NCBI GenBank assembly: GCA_963702005.1
Contig: OY969696.1
Coordinates: 256,001-320,000, forward strand
Source of the DNA: Candidatus Aminicenantes bacterium
GTDB lineage: Bacteria; Acidobacteriota; Aminicenantia; Aminicenantales; JAFGBC01
DNA length: 64,000 nt
Direction: 5' to 3'
Positions 1 through 8,543 of the stretch are shown here, piece by piece (positions within the stretch are counted from its first letter, which is position 1; each line of letters begins with the position of its first letter). The notes under the pieces are model-generated. The model saw only the letters and a list, made by a program, of their open reading frames with translations, was not told the DNA's origin and searched no databases. The position numbers and the translations under genes were made by a program.

Positions 1-2
1 CG

Positions 3-350
3 GGGTGGGACCAAGGTTATTCGATCGCCCTGGACGCGGCCGATTCGATCTATATCGCCGGCTATACACAAAGCCCGAATTTCCCGGTTAAGGATGCTTA
101 TCAATCAAGAAGAGTCGGAAGTGAGGATGCCTTCCTGACGATCTTCGACTCCAGCGGAAAAAAGCTCCTGACATCGACCTACCTTGGAGGCATATATAAG
201 GAAACCGCGTATCAAGCTATCCCCGAATCCGATGGGACGATCTACCTCACGGGAATTACCAACAGCCCGGATTTTCAGACCGTAAAGGCCTATCAGAGCA
301 CGCTCAAGGGGGATTTTGACGCCTTTATCGTGAAATTCAAACGGAAATAG
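3..350 (+). CDS. SBBP (beta-propeller) repeat protein, 3' part only (runs off window start)
   Basis: My translation of frame 3: GWDQGYSIALDAADSIYIAGYTQSPNFPVKDAYQ...DAFLTIF...STYLGG...IYLTGITNSPDF...DAFIVKFKRK*. It contains two SBBP-type repeats. Not in the ORF track because it has no start codon in the window. Confidence 0.85.
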   Translation, partial: GWDQGYSIALDAADSIYIAGYTQSPNFPVKDAYQSRRVGSEDAFLTIFDSSGKKLLTSTYLGGIYKETAYQAIPESDGTIYLTGITNSPDFQTVKAYQSTLKGDFDAFIVKFKRK

Positions 351-481
351 CGGATATAGTATTAAACCTTTCTTTTTTCACGGAGTTCCAACAGTCCAGA
401 TTTTCCGGTCGCAAAGCCTTATCAAAGAACGCTCAAAGGCAAACCGGACGCCTTCGTCCTGAAGTCCAGGCGGCAATAGGG

Positions 482-3142
482 TCAGCGCGTCCAAACCAGA
501 CGGAGATTCTGCCCTTCCTGCAGGGTCAAGCCTTTCGGCCAGTTCACGATGAGCCTGTTGCCGAGCCTGGTCAGCCGCGCGATCAAGGGACGGCTTCCGA
601 TGAACGTCTTCAGTGTAAAATTCGTGCCGGAGGGCCACGAGTCCGCCGCGGCGAGCTCGACCTCCTTGAGCGGAAGCGTCCCGGAGGCGACGGTGACCTC
701 GGCCGTCAACCCGGTTTGAGTCCGGGACTGCTCAAAGGAGCCCCAGGCGCTCCCCGTGCTCCAGAAACTCCGGAAAGACTCCGGCGAGAGCCGGGGGGCG
801 AACCCGATCCGCCCATCCGGTCCCGAATAGGTGAACCCGGACAGGGCCAGCAGGACGCCCCAGGATGACATGGCCCGGGCGTAGTGGTGCCCGCATTCGA
901 CCTCATTCCAGGGATTCCGCTTCCGGCCGTCGTAGCGGTCGCGGACGGCCTTGACCAGGCTCAGCCCCTCATCGACCTTTCCCTCGTAGATGAGGTGGGA
1001 AGCGACCTGATATTCGATGCCCGTCCAAACTTCGTCTGAATAGGGGAAAGGCAGGGGCGGTCGTCCGCCCCGCGGCCACGAGCAAAGGATCAGCCCTTTT
1101 TCGTCGCCAAGGGCATAGGTCCGCTGGCAGTTGGAAAAATCCCTGAAGTCGGCCAGAAAATTATTCTTGTAAATGGATTCAAGGGCGGAGACGATCCGGT
1201 CCTGGGGGAGGAAGCGGCCCAGGCCGGCGACCGTGGTCAGCCACTGTCCGAGGAGCTGGTCCGAGAGGCAGCCCTCCCCGTATTGGTACTTTGTCTCCAT
1301 GACGCGGTCGAATTTCTGGACGTAGAAGGCCCCGTTCCAGAGGAGCTCATCGTACTTGGCCCGTCCCTTCTCGTAGACCGCGCGGAAGATCCGGGCGGCC
1401 CCCGCGTCGCCCACGGCTTCGGCCATTTTCGACCCGGCCAGCAGGGCGCCGAGATAGAACCCGCTCAGCATGCTGTTCGGTCCGTAGAACTCGATGTCGT
1501 AAGTGTTATGCTGCTCGCCGTCGAGGAGCCCGTCCTTGTCCTTGTCCCAGGAAGTCCAGGCGTACTCGAGGGACCTGCGGACCTGGGGCCAGAGCCTGCC
1601 TAGGAAGGCCGTATCGCCCGAGATCTGCCAGTCGCGGTAGAGGTTGATGATCCGTCCCAGCTGGCCGTCGGCGGCGGGCTTGAAATCCCAGTAGGCGCCG
1701 CCCTCGATCGGCAGCGAGGTCCGGAAGACCATGGCGCCGTCCGGCCGGACATTGTGAAGAAAGTCCGTCTCCCGCATGGACCGCTCCAGCCCGGGAAACA
1801 GGAAGGCCAGGCTCTGCTCGTAGTTCCAGACGTGGGCGCAGTTGAGCGGGCAGCAGCCGCTCTGGTCGCCGCAGCCTTCGAACCCGAAGAAGCGGCCGCC
1901 TTCGAGCCAGAGCGCGGTCGTCGTCCGGATGATCGAAGCCTGGCTGGAAACGGCATCCAGGACGTAGGGCGGGAGGGTCGAGGCGAAGAAGACGTCGCGG
2001 AAGCGCCGCGTTTCCCGCTCCAGCCGGTCCAAGTTGGCGGCCAGGTAGTCCGCGGCCGCCCAGGCGTCTCCGAATCGCTCCGCGTAATGGTTCTTGAAGA
2101 TGCGGCCGCGCTGGGCGGGGACGACATCGAAATAGTTGAGGACGTTGGGAAAGTTCCAGGACAGGATGAAGGGAAGCGTCGCTTCTTGGGACGGCTGGAG
2201 CTCGACGCACAATCCCAGGGAGCCGATGTCGGTCCGGCCGGCCGGAGAGGGATCGGCGTCCGCTAAATCCTTGAGCCGGCCGTCGGCGGCGAAGTCGTCC
2301 CAGAAGATCTGGAGGTCGTCGAACCAATCCCCCCGTTGCCAGTGCGTGACGTAGGTGATGTCCTTCCAGGGCGTCGCCAGCGCGATTGTCCCGAAGGCCG
2401 GCGCGTTCGCGGCGACTTTGCGGGAGCTCATGACAAGCCCGGACAGGGCGTCGGTTCGACGGAGCTCATTGAGATTCTGGCCGAACTTGTCGCTCGCGAT
2501 CGATTCGAGCGGACCTTGACCGTCATAGCCGACCGGGTTCATCAGGGAGCCTAGGACGGTGAGGCGGAGCGGCGAGCCGCTCAAGTTCTTAATCCGGAAG
2601 CGGATAATGACGGCCGGAACCCCCGAGTCTTCGGGCTTGAGGGGTATGAAAGGATTGAAGGCCTCGAGCTTGACCTCGAGCGGAAGCCGTCCGTCCGAAA
2701 GTTCGACTTCGGCGAACGGATAGGCGCCGCTGAAACGGGCCTTCTCCATGCGCGGGAAGCCGGGCACGTCCTCGCGCCGAAATCCGAACCCGGTCGTCAG
2801 GGGCGGGAGGAGAGGGCCTTCTAAGACGCGGACCGCCGGCTTTTTCCCCCCTTCCTCGCAGTACAGGGCGAAGAACGTGAACGGCAGGTTGACGCCCTTC
2901 CCGGGCCGATTGAAGATCTCCCAGTCCCTGAGGTTTCCTCGGCCGCCGAGCGAGATCGTCCCCGTCCCGATCCCGCCCAGGGGAAAGGCGACCTCGCGCA
3001 GGGATTCGCCCTCGAAAACCCGCTGGGGGCCGAGGCTGAAGAGTTCGTCCCGGCTGTAGGCGGACCGGCCGGGCACTTCGGCACCTGCCGTCACCGCCGC
3101 GAGCCCGAACATTGCCAAGAGAACAATCGTTTGAGTTTTCAT
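482..3142 (-). CDS. GH116 family glycoside hydrolase (non-lysosomal glucosylceramidase-like), with signal peptide
   Basis: Motifs FPLGGIGTGTI, EAFNPFIP, FFGFEG..C...HVWNYEQ, QHNTYDIEFYG, EVWTGIEY, NPWNEVECGHHYARAM. Start placed at MKTQ (3142), which follows a GGAG SD. Confidence 0.9.
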   Translation of the reverse strand: MKTQTIVLLAMFGLAAVTAGAEVPGRSAYSRDELFSLGPQRVFEGESLREVAFPLGGIGTGTISLGGRGNLRDWEIFNRPGKGVNLPFTFFALYCEEGGKKPAVRVLEGPLLPPLTTGFGFRREDVPGFPRMEKARFSGAYPFAEVELSDGRLPLEVKLEAFNPFIPLKPEDSGVPAVIIRFRIKNLSGSPLRLTVLGSLMNPVGYDGQGPLESIASDKFGQNLNELRRTDALSGLVMSSRKVAANAPAFGTIALATPWKDITYVTHWQRGDWFDDLQIFWDDFAADGRLKDLADADPSPAGRTDIGSLGLCVELQPSQEATLPFILSWNFPNVLNYFDVVPAQRGRIFKNHYAERFGDAWAAADYLAANLDRLERETRRFRDVFFASTLPPYVLDAVSSQASIIRTTTALWLEGGRFFGFEGCGDQSGCCPLNCAHVWNYEQSLAFLFPGLERSMRETDFLHNVRPDGAMVFRTSLPIEGGAYWDFKPAADGQLGRIINLYRDWQISGDTAFLGRLWPQVRRSLEYAWTSWDKDKDGLLDGEQHNTYDIEFYGPNSMLSGFYLGALLAGSKMAEAVGDAGAARIFRAVYEKGRAKYDELLWNGAFYVQKFDRVMETKYQYGEGCLSDQLLGQWLTTVAGLGRFLPQDRIVSALESIYKNNFLADFRDFSNCQRTYALGDEKGLILCSWPRGGRPPLPFPYSDEVWTGIEYQVASHLIYEGKVDEGLSLVKAVRDRYDGRKRNPWNEVECGHHYARAMSSWGVLLALSGFTYSGPDGRIGFAPRLSPESFRSFWSTGSAWGSFEQSRTQTGLTAEVTVASGTLPLKEVELAAADSWPSGTNFTLKTFIGSRPLIARLTRLGNRLIVNWPKGLTLQEGQNLRLVWTR

Positions 3143-3233
3143 CGAGCCGTCTCCTTCCCGGATGACCATTGGACGGAAATAAGTATCTCTTGATTCGTTT
3201 TAGAATACAACAGAAAAACGCCGCCGTCCGGGC

Positions 3234-3701
3234 CTATCCCTGCGAATCCTCAGCCAGCAAAGAACGGATCCGGTCTTCCATATCGGCGGCGTGGCTCCCT
3301 TTCCAATAAACCCGGCCGCAGCTCGGACAGAGAGAGAACCGACTTCCTCGTTCCAGGATGAACGGAACGACCAAGTTCCGGGCCCTCTCCCTGGAGAGGG
3401 ATTTGAGGGCGATGTTGCAGGCGATGCAGCGAGAGTGGGGCGCGGCCTCGTCCCGGAGCGAGAAGACGTCGAGGACTTGGCGGACCTGGTCCTCCCACTT
3501 CTCGCTGTTGATAAGCAGGGACCGGACCGCCCGGGCCCGGCCGGCCAGTTTGGTATCCCTGGTCAAGAGGACCCGGCCGTCGCGGCCGGCGATGCGGATG
3601 AGCTCGCTATCCTCGATCTTGGAAAAGTAAAGGACATCGAAGCCGAGGATGCGCAGCCACTTGGCGAGCTTTCCCAGCATGCAGTCGGCGATGAAGGTCA
3701 T
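3234..3701 (-). CDS. Mut7-C RNase (PIN-like) domain protein with Zn ribbon
   Basis: FIADCMLGKLAKWLRILGFD, RVLLTRD, SRCIACN...CPSCGRVYWKGSH. Confidence 0.9.
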   Translation of the reverse strand: MTFIADCMLGKLAKWLRILGFDVLYFSKIEDSELIRIAGRDGRVLLTRDTKLAGRARAVRSLLINSEKWEDQVRQVLDVFSLRDEAAPHSRCIACNIALKSLSRERARNLVVPFILERGSRFSLCPSCGRVYWKGSHAADMEDRIRSLLAEDSQG

Positions 3702-3720
3702 GAAATCAAGCGCCCCGGCC

Positions 3721-3749
3721 ATTATAGAAAATACCCTGCTTCAGGTCCA
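3721..3749 (-). promoter_or_regulatory. sigma70-type promoter for the Mut7-C gene
   Basis: TGGACC-N17-TATAAT on the minus strand, ending about 20 nt before the ATG. Confidence 0.55.
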
Positions 3750-3848
3750 TCCGGAGCCCTAACGTTTTGACATTGCCCCTTCATCCATGGTAGTTAAGAT
3801 ATCGACCCATGTGCCGATCGACCGATTCCAAGCCGGAGAGGAAATCCC

Positions 3849-4475
3849 ATGTTCAAATCGCTCGTCCCTAAGAACGAAGCTTTTTATGACCTGTTCGATA
3901 AAATGTGCGCCGGCATCGTCGAGGGCGCCCAAATCCTCAACACTATGATCGAGGCCGGGAGTCGTACGGCCGAATTTTCCCAAAGAATCAAAACCATCGA
4001 GCACGAGGTCGATCAAACCGTGCACGCCATGATGGCCATGCTCCATAAAACGTTCATCACGCCCATCAATCGGGAGGATATCCACCAGTTGGCCGTCCAT
4101 CTCGACGACATCCTCGACCAAACCGAAGCCGCCTCCTCCCGGATCGACCTCTTCTGCCCCGACTGCATGCCCAGCGAAGTTCGCGATCTCGCCTCCGTCC
4201 TCCTCGAAAGCGTCAAGCTCGTCCAGGAGATGGTCGGACTCCTCCGCCGTCTCAAGGAGCCGAGCCGCATTCTCGAGCTGACCGTCGAGATCAACCGCCT
4301 CGAAGATCAGGCCGATTACATCCGGCGCAGCACGGTCGCCCGCCTCTTCCGGGAAGAGAAGAATCCCTTCGAGCTCGTCAAGTGGAAGGACATTCTCGAG
4401 TTTATGGAGAACGCGACGGACTGCTGCGAGGACGTGGCCAACATTACCGAAGGAATCGTGCTCGAGAATACGTGA
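3849..4475 (+). CDS. DUF47 / PhoU-like phosphate transport regulator
   Basis: IEHEVD, LHKTFITPINREDIHQLAVHLDDILD, LEDQAD, D.CEDVANITEGIV. Lies directly upstream of a PiT transporter. Confidence 0.92.
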   Translation: MFKSLVPKNEAFYDLFDKMCAGIVEGAQILNTMIEAGSRTAEFSQRIKTIEHEVDQTVHAMMAMLHKTFITPINREDIHQLAVHLDDILDQTEAASSRIDLFCPDCMPSEVRDLASVLLESVKLVQEMVGLLRRLKEPSRILELTVEINRLEDQADYIRRSTVARLFREEKNPFELVKWKDILEFMENATDCCEDVANITEGIVLENT

Positions 4476-4485
4476 GGAGGCGCCC

Positions 4486-5484
4486 GTGACCATCCTCCTC
4501 GTCGTTATCATCGGCCTCGCCCTCCTCTTCGACTTCATCAACGGCATGAACGACGCGGCCAATTCCGTGGCCACGATCGTCGCCACCCGGGTTCTCACCC
4601 CCCGCCTGGCCGTTCTCTGGGCGGCCTTTTTCAACTTCATCGCGGCCTTTTTTTTCGGCGTCCATGTCGCCACGACCATAGGGAAGGGAGTCGTGGATTC
4701 GGCCGCGATCTCATCGTTAATGATATTGGCTACCTTGCTGGGCGGTATCATCTGGTCCTACCTATGCACTCACATGGGTTTTCCGATCAGCGTCTCTCAT
4801 TCCCTGGTCGGAGGCTTGGTCGGATCGGCGATCGTGAAAACCGGATTCCATGCCCTCATTCTGCCTGGCCTCCTAAAAATCTCGCTTTTCATCTTCTTGG
4901 CTCCGCTCATGGGGATGATCTTGGGATACGTGATCATGATCATCGTGTATTGGACGGTCCGCCATAAGCCCCTGCGGGCCGTGGACCGGTTGTTCCGCCG
5001 GCTCCAGCTCTTATCGGCGGCCCTCTATAGCCTCGGTCACGGCACCAACGACGCCCAGAAGACGATGGGGATCATCGCCATGCTTCTTTTCAGCGCGGGC
5101 CGCCTCGGTCCCGAATTCCATGTCCCCCTCTGGGTCATCCTCAGCTGCCATTTCGCGATCGCGATGGGGACGCTGAGCGGCGGCTGGCGCGTCATCGAAA
5201 CATTAGGAATGAAAATGACCAAGCTTAGGCCCGTCCACGGCTTCAGCGCCGAGACGGCCGCCGCCGCGTCCATTCTCTTCTCATCCGTCATCGGCGCGCC
5301 AGTCTCCACAACCCACACCATCACTGGTTCAATCATCGGCGTCGGAGCCACGACTCATTTTAAGTCCATTAGCTGGGGCATGGCCTATCGCATCGTCTGG
5401 GCTTGGCTGCTGACCATCCCTGGTTCGGCCCTGATCTCGGCCGCTGTCTGGCTGGCCATGTCCGCCCTCGGCCTTACATCCTAA
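4486..5484 (+). CDS. pit: Inorganic phosphate transporter, PiT family
   Basis: FDFINGMNDAANSVAT, GFPISVSHSLVGG, HGTNDAQKTMG, PVSTTHTITGSIIGVG. Confidence 0.95.
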   Translation: MTILLVVIIGLALLFDFINGMNDAANSVATIVATRVLTPRLAVLWAAFFNFIAAFFFGVHVATTIGKGVVDSAAISSLMILATLLGGIIWSYLCTHMGFPISVSHSLVGGLVGSAIVKTGFHALILPGLLKISLFIFLAPLMGMILGYVIMIIVYWTVRHKPLRAVDRLFRRLQLLSAALYSLGHGTNDAQKTMGIIAMLLFSAGRLGPEFHVPLWVILSCHFAIAMGTLSGGWRVIETLGMKMTKLRPVHGFSAETAAAASILFSSVIGAPVSTTHTITGSIIGVGATTHFKSISWGMAYRIVWAWLLTIPGSALISAAVWLAMSALGLTS

Positions 5485-5625
5485 AAAAGCCCTCCGAACC
5501 CGTTTGTCGGGGAAAGGAAATGCGTCTTATTTCTCAGCGGAGACCTGCATTCCGGGGAGGGTCCGTTATTCGCGGAGAGATGAAGAATCCCTATTCGGAG
5601 GCGCCGCTCCGCGCCGAGGGCCGAA

Positions 5626-6348
5626 TCAGAGTCCCAGGAACCGGACCGACAGGCCTGACAGGAAGATCATGGCGCCCGCCAAGGCGTGGGCGTAGCGTTC
5701 GAGCCGCCCCATGCGGAGGAAGCTCACCCCCCAGGACGAAAGTCCGATGATGACGAGCATGGTCAGGATGGTCGTCAGGCCGAAGGCCCCGGCGACGAAG
5801 GCGACGCCGGCCCCGCTGTGCTTGGCCGCCGGGTACATGACAAGCGGGATGAGCGGCTCGCAGGGCCCGAAGACGAAGATCGTGAACAAAATCCAGGGCG
5901 TCAGGTTGACCTTGTGATCGGCCTCGTCGTGGGGATGGCAATGGTCGGAGGAGTGGTCGTGGACGTGATCATGCTCCTCTCCGTGTCCATGGAGGTGGCG
6001 GTGGCTGTGGGGCTTGTTCTTCCAAGCCCGGCGCAGCCCCCACAGGCCATAGGCGAACCCGAACCCGATCAGGAACCAGGCGGCCAAGCCGCCCCGGAAG
6101 GATTCGATGCCCTGGAGCTTGGTCACGGCCAGCCCGAGAGCGAGCCCCAGGAATCCGAGGACGACCGAGCTCAAGATGTGGCCCAGCCCCGCCAAGAAAG
6201 CGACGAAGAGGGTCTTGCGCAACCGCCAGCGCCGGGCCCGTCCGATGACGATGAAGGGGAGGTAGTGGTCCGGCCCGACGACGGTATGGATGAAGCCGAT
6301 GGAGGCGGCCGTCGCCGTCAGGATCAGGATGTCGCGTTCCATGATCAA
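5626..6348 (-). CDS. His-rich membrane protein, NiCoT/UreH/TauE-like nickel-cobalt transporter
   Basis: GFIHTVVGPDHYLPF, a His-rich loop (HSHRHLHGHGEEHDHVHDH), FVFGPCEPLIP, several hydrophobic helices. Confidence 0.75.
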   Translation of the reverse strand: MIMERDILILTATAASIGFIHTVVGPDHYLPFIVIGRARRWRLRKTLFVAFLAGLGHILSSVVLGFLGLALGLAVTKLQGIESFRGGLAAWFLIGFGFAYGLWGLRRAWKNKPHSHRHLHGHGEEHDHVHDHSSDHCHPHDEADHKVNLTPWILFTIFVFGPCEPLIPLVMYPAAKHSGAGVAFVAGAFGLTTILTMLVIIGLSSWGVSFLRMGRLERYAHALAGAMIFLSGLSVRFLGL

Positions 6349-6361
6349 CCTCGGAAAAAAA

Positions 6362-6437
6362 TGGTGGACGGTAGGGGATTCGAACCCCCGACCTCAGCGT
6401 TGCGAACGCCGCGCTCTCCCAGCTGAGCTAACCGCCC
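6362..6437 (-). tRNA. tRNA-Ala (anticodon CGC)
   Basis: GGGCGGTTAGCTCAGCTGGGAGAGCGCGGCGTTCGCAACGCTGAGGTCGGGGGTTCGAATCCCCTACCGTCCACCA. Cloverleaf, G3.U70 Ala identity pair, encoded CCA. Confidence 0.97.
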
Positions 6438-6517
6438 ACGCTCACCGCCCGGGCCGGCAGGCTCTCTAATTTACCATGTCGCCGGAATATTTTCCAGATC
6501 GATCTCGGACGGCGGAT

Positions 6518-6584
6518 CCGGTTTTCAAAACAGCCTCGCTCCCCTTCAACCTTCAATGGTCGCTTCGGCTGTTATGAAAACCGG
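6518..6584 (-). repeat. Short copy of a structured (REP-like) element: 18-bp inverted arms around a conserved tandem-G.A core
   Basis: Arms CCGGTTTTCAAAACAGCC / GGCTGTTATGAAAACCGG (17/18 complementary). The minus-strand core CCGAAGCGACCATTGAAGGTT-GAAGGGGAGCGAGG matches the two ends of the 11600-11847 element. Confidence 0.75.
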
Positions 6585-6632
6585 TTCTTGCTCGAGGAAG
6601 TCATCTTAGTTACAATTTTGTCCACAGGGATA

Positions 6633-8264
6633 ATGGATATTAAGATTTTCGGCAAGAAACAGGCGGAGGGACATGGCCGCTGCAGCATACGTAAAGCCCG
6701 GGTGGAATACAAGATCGAAAAAATCGCCGGCGGCTTGATGGTCACCGGCGCCGTCCGCGGCGGGCCGGGACGGTTCGAGATCGTCCGCCTGCCGGCGCCC
6801 CGCGAGTTCCTCCTCAACAACTGGCAGTCCTGGGGTCCGACCCAGAAGGTGACCAGGGAAGCGCGTTTCCCCGAGCTCGAAGCGATCCAGCGGGACTACA
6901 GCCCCTACCTCTTCTCCCCCGTCCCGGACCTGATGGCGCGGGGGCTCGTCAGCGATTATTTCGCGGCCGGCGACTCCTGGCTGGCCGGCTTCCTGGCCTC
7001 CCGGATCGCGCACCCTTTCTTCACCGTCGAGGGCGGCGACCTCGTCGGATACTTCGATTATTTTGATTTCCGTTCCGATGAGCCCGTCCCGCTCGAGCCG
7101 CTCGTTTTCCTCGAGGGGACTCCCGTCGAAAGGCTTCTCGGCCGCTATGCCGCGCTGGCCCAGGCCGAGAACGGCATCGTCATCAATCCCTGGAACCCGA
7201 TCGGATGGTGCAGTTGGTATCACTACTTCGGCAAGCTTGCGTGGGAAGACGTCCTCAAGAACCTCGATATCGCCCGGAGCGTCCCCGGCTTCCCCTTCGA
7301 GGTCTTCCAGGTCGACGACGGCTACGAGACCGACATCGGCGATTGGCTCGAGGGCCGGCCCGGATATCCGGCGCCGGCCGAGATGGCGGCGGCCATCCGC
7401 TCCCGCGGCTTCCGGGCCGGCATTTGGACGGCCCCCTTCAGCGCGGCCGAGACATCGCGGCTGTTCCGGTCCCATCCGGACTGGATGGTGTCCGAGGCGG
7501 GCCGGCCCAAGCCCTCCTATCGCGGCTGGAAAAAAACGATCTACGCCCTCGACACGAGCCGGGCCGACGTCCGCGCCTGGCTCGCGGAGGTGTTCGGAGC
7601 CTTGAAAGCGGCCGGGTTCGATTACTTTAAAATCGACTTCCTGTTCGCCGCCGCCATGCCGGGCGATCGAGCCCGCCCCCAAACGCCTGTCCAAGCCTAT
7701 CGGGAAGGGTTGAAGGCCGTCCGCGAGGCCGTCGGCCCATCTTCGTTCCTCCTCGGCTGCGGGGCGCCCCTCCTTCCTTCGGCCGGCCTGGTCGACGGGA
7801 TGCGGATCGGCGAGGACACGGCGCCGTTCTGGAAGACCAAGCCCTCGGCCTTCCAAGGCCCGAACGCCTATTTCGCCCTCAAGAATACCCTGATGCGGTC
7901 CTTCCTACACAAGACCCTCTGGCTGAACGACCCGGACTGCCTCCTGCTGCGTCCGAGCGAGATCGAGCTCTCCGAGAACGAACGGGCTTGCTACGCCCTG
8001 GCGGCCGGAGCGCTGGACAACATGATCCTGGACAGCGACGACCTGTCCCTCATCAACGATGCGGGGCGGTCCCTCCTCGGACAGACCCTGCGTCTGCGGG
8101 GCGGCCGGGCCGTCGTCCGCGGCCTCCTCGGCGACGATTTCTACTTGATCGAGTCGAGGGGAGGTCCGGCCGGACCGCTGGACCTGGCCGTGAACCTCTC
8201 GGATGAGCGCCGCCTCTACAAGGAGCGCGCCGTGCCGCCCAGGAGCGCCGTCTTCATCCGTTGA
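6633..8264 (+). CDS. Alpha-galactosidase, GH36 family
   Basis: NNWQSW, GWCSWYHYF, FQVDDGY, AGIWTAPF, YFKIDFL, LGCGAP, MRIGED, LWLNDPDC. Start placed at MDIK (6633). Confidence 0.9.
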   Translation: MDIKIFGKKQAEGHGRCSIRKARVEYKIEKIAGGLMVTGAVRGGPGRFEIVRLPAPREFLLNNWQSWGPTQKVTREARFPELEAIQRDYSPYLFSPVPDLMARGLVSDYFAAGDSWLAGFLASRIAHPFFTVEGGDLVGYFDYFDFRSDEPVPLEPLVFLEGTPVERLLGRYAALAQAENGIVINPWNPIGWCSWYHYFGKLAWEDVLKNLDIARSVPGFPFEVFQVDDGYETDIGDWLEGRPGYPAPAEMAAAIRSRGFRAGIWTAPFSAAETSRLFRSHPDWMVSEAGRPKPSYRGWKKTIYALDTSRADVRAWLAEVFGALKAAGFDYFKIDFLFAAAMPGDRARPQTPVQAYREGLKAVREAVGPSSFLLGCGAPLLPSAGLVDGMRIGEDTAPFWKTKPSAFQGPNAYFALKNTLMRSFLHKTLWLNDPDCLLLRPSEIELSENERACYALAAGALDNMILDSDDLSLINDAGRSLLGQTLRLRGGRAVVRGLLGDDFYLIESRGGPAGPLDLAVNLSDERRLYKERAVPPRSAVFIR

Positions 8265-8423
8265 GATTTTATCAACACAGCGAACCGCTTCCTTGCGGGG
8301 CTTGTTGTGGGATTTTGAACGGCGGCTTTCTTGGCGGGGCCCCCGCCACCTTGGCTCCTTTAAACGGGGACCCCTCCTTTCTCAATTTTCAGTAGATGCC
8401 TATAAGCCGGCCGCGTCAACCCC

Positions 8424-8460
8424 TTGTCGTATTATGTCGCATCATGTCGCATTGTGTCTG
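8424..8460. promoter_or_regulatory. Four direct repeats (TGTCG core) at 10-bp period, candidate operator
   Basis: ttgtcgtatt atgtcgcatc atgtcgcatt gtgtctg; TGTC begins at 8425, 8435, 8445 and 8455. Confidence 0.55.
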
Positions 8461-8543
8461 TCCGAGCCCGGGAGCCGGGCCGGCCTGGGGCCGGACCTTG
8501 ACTGCTATGTCCATTTCCGAATATATAATATAAAGAGATTGCT

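Noticed and set aside
6362-6437. tRNA-Ala or tRNA-Leu as prophage/island attachment sites
   Set aside because: No integrase, no duplicated tRNA 3' end seen, and the flanking genes look host-like.
8265-8400. Riboswitch or small ORF in the GH36-HTH intergenic region
   Set aside because: Hairpins and SD-like strings exist on the minus strand, but I could not match a riboswitch consensus or a convincing ORF.
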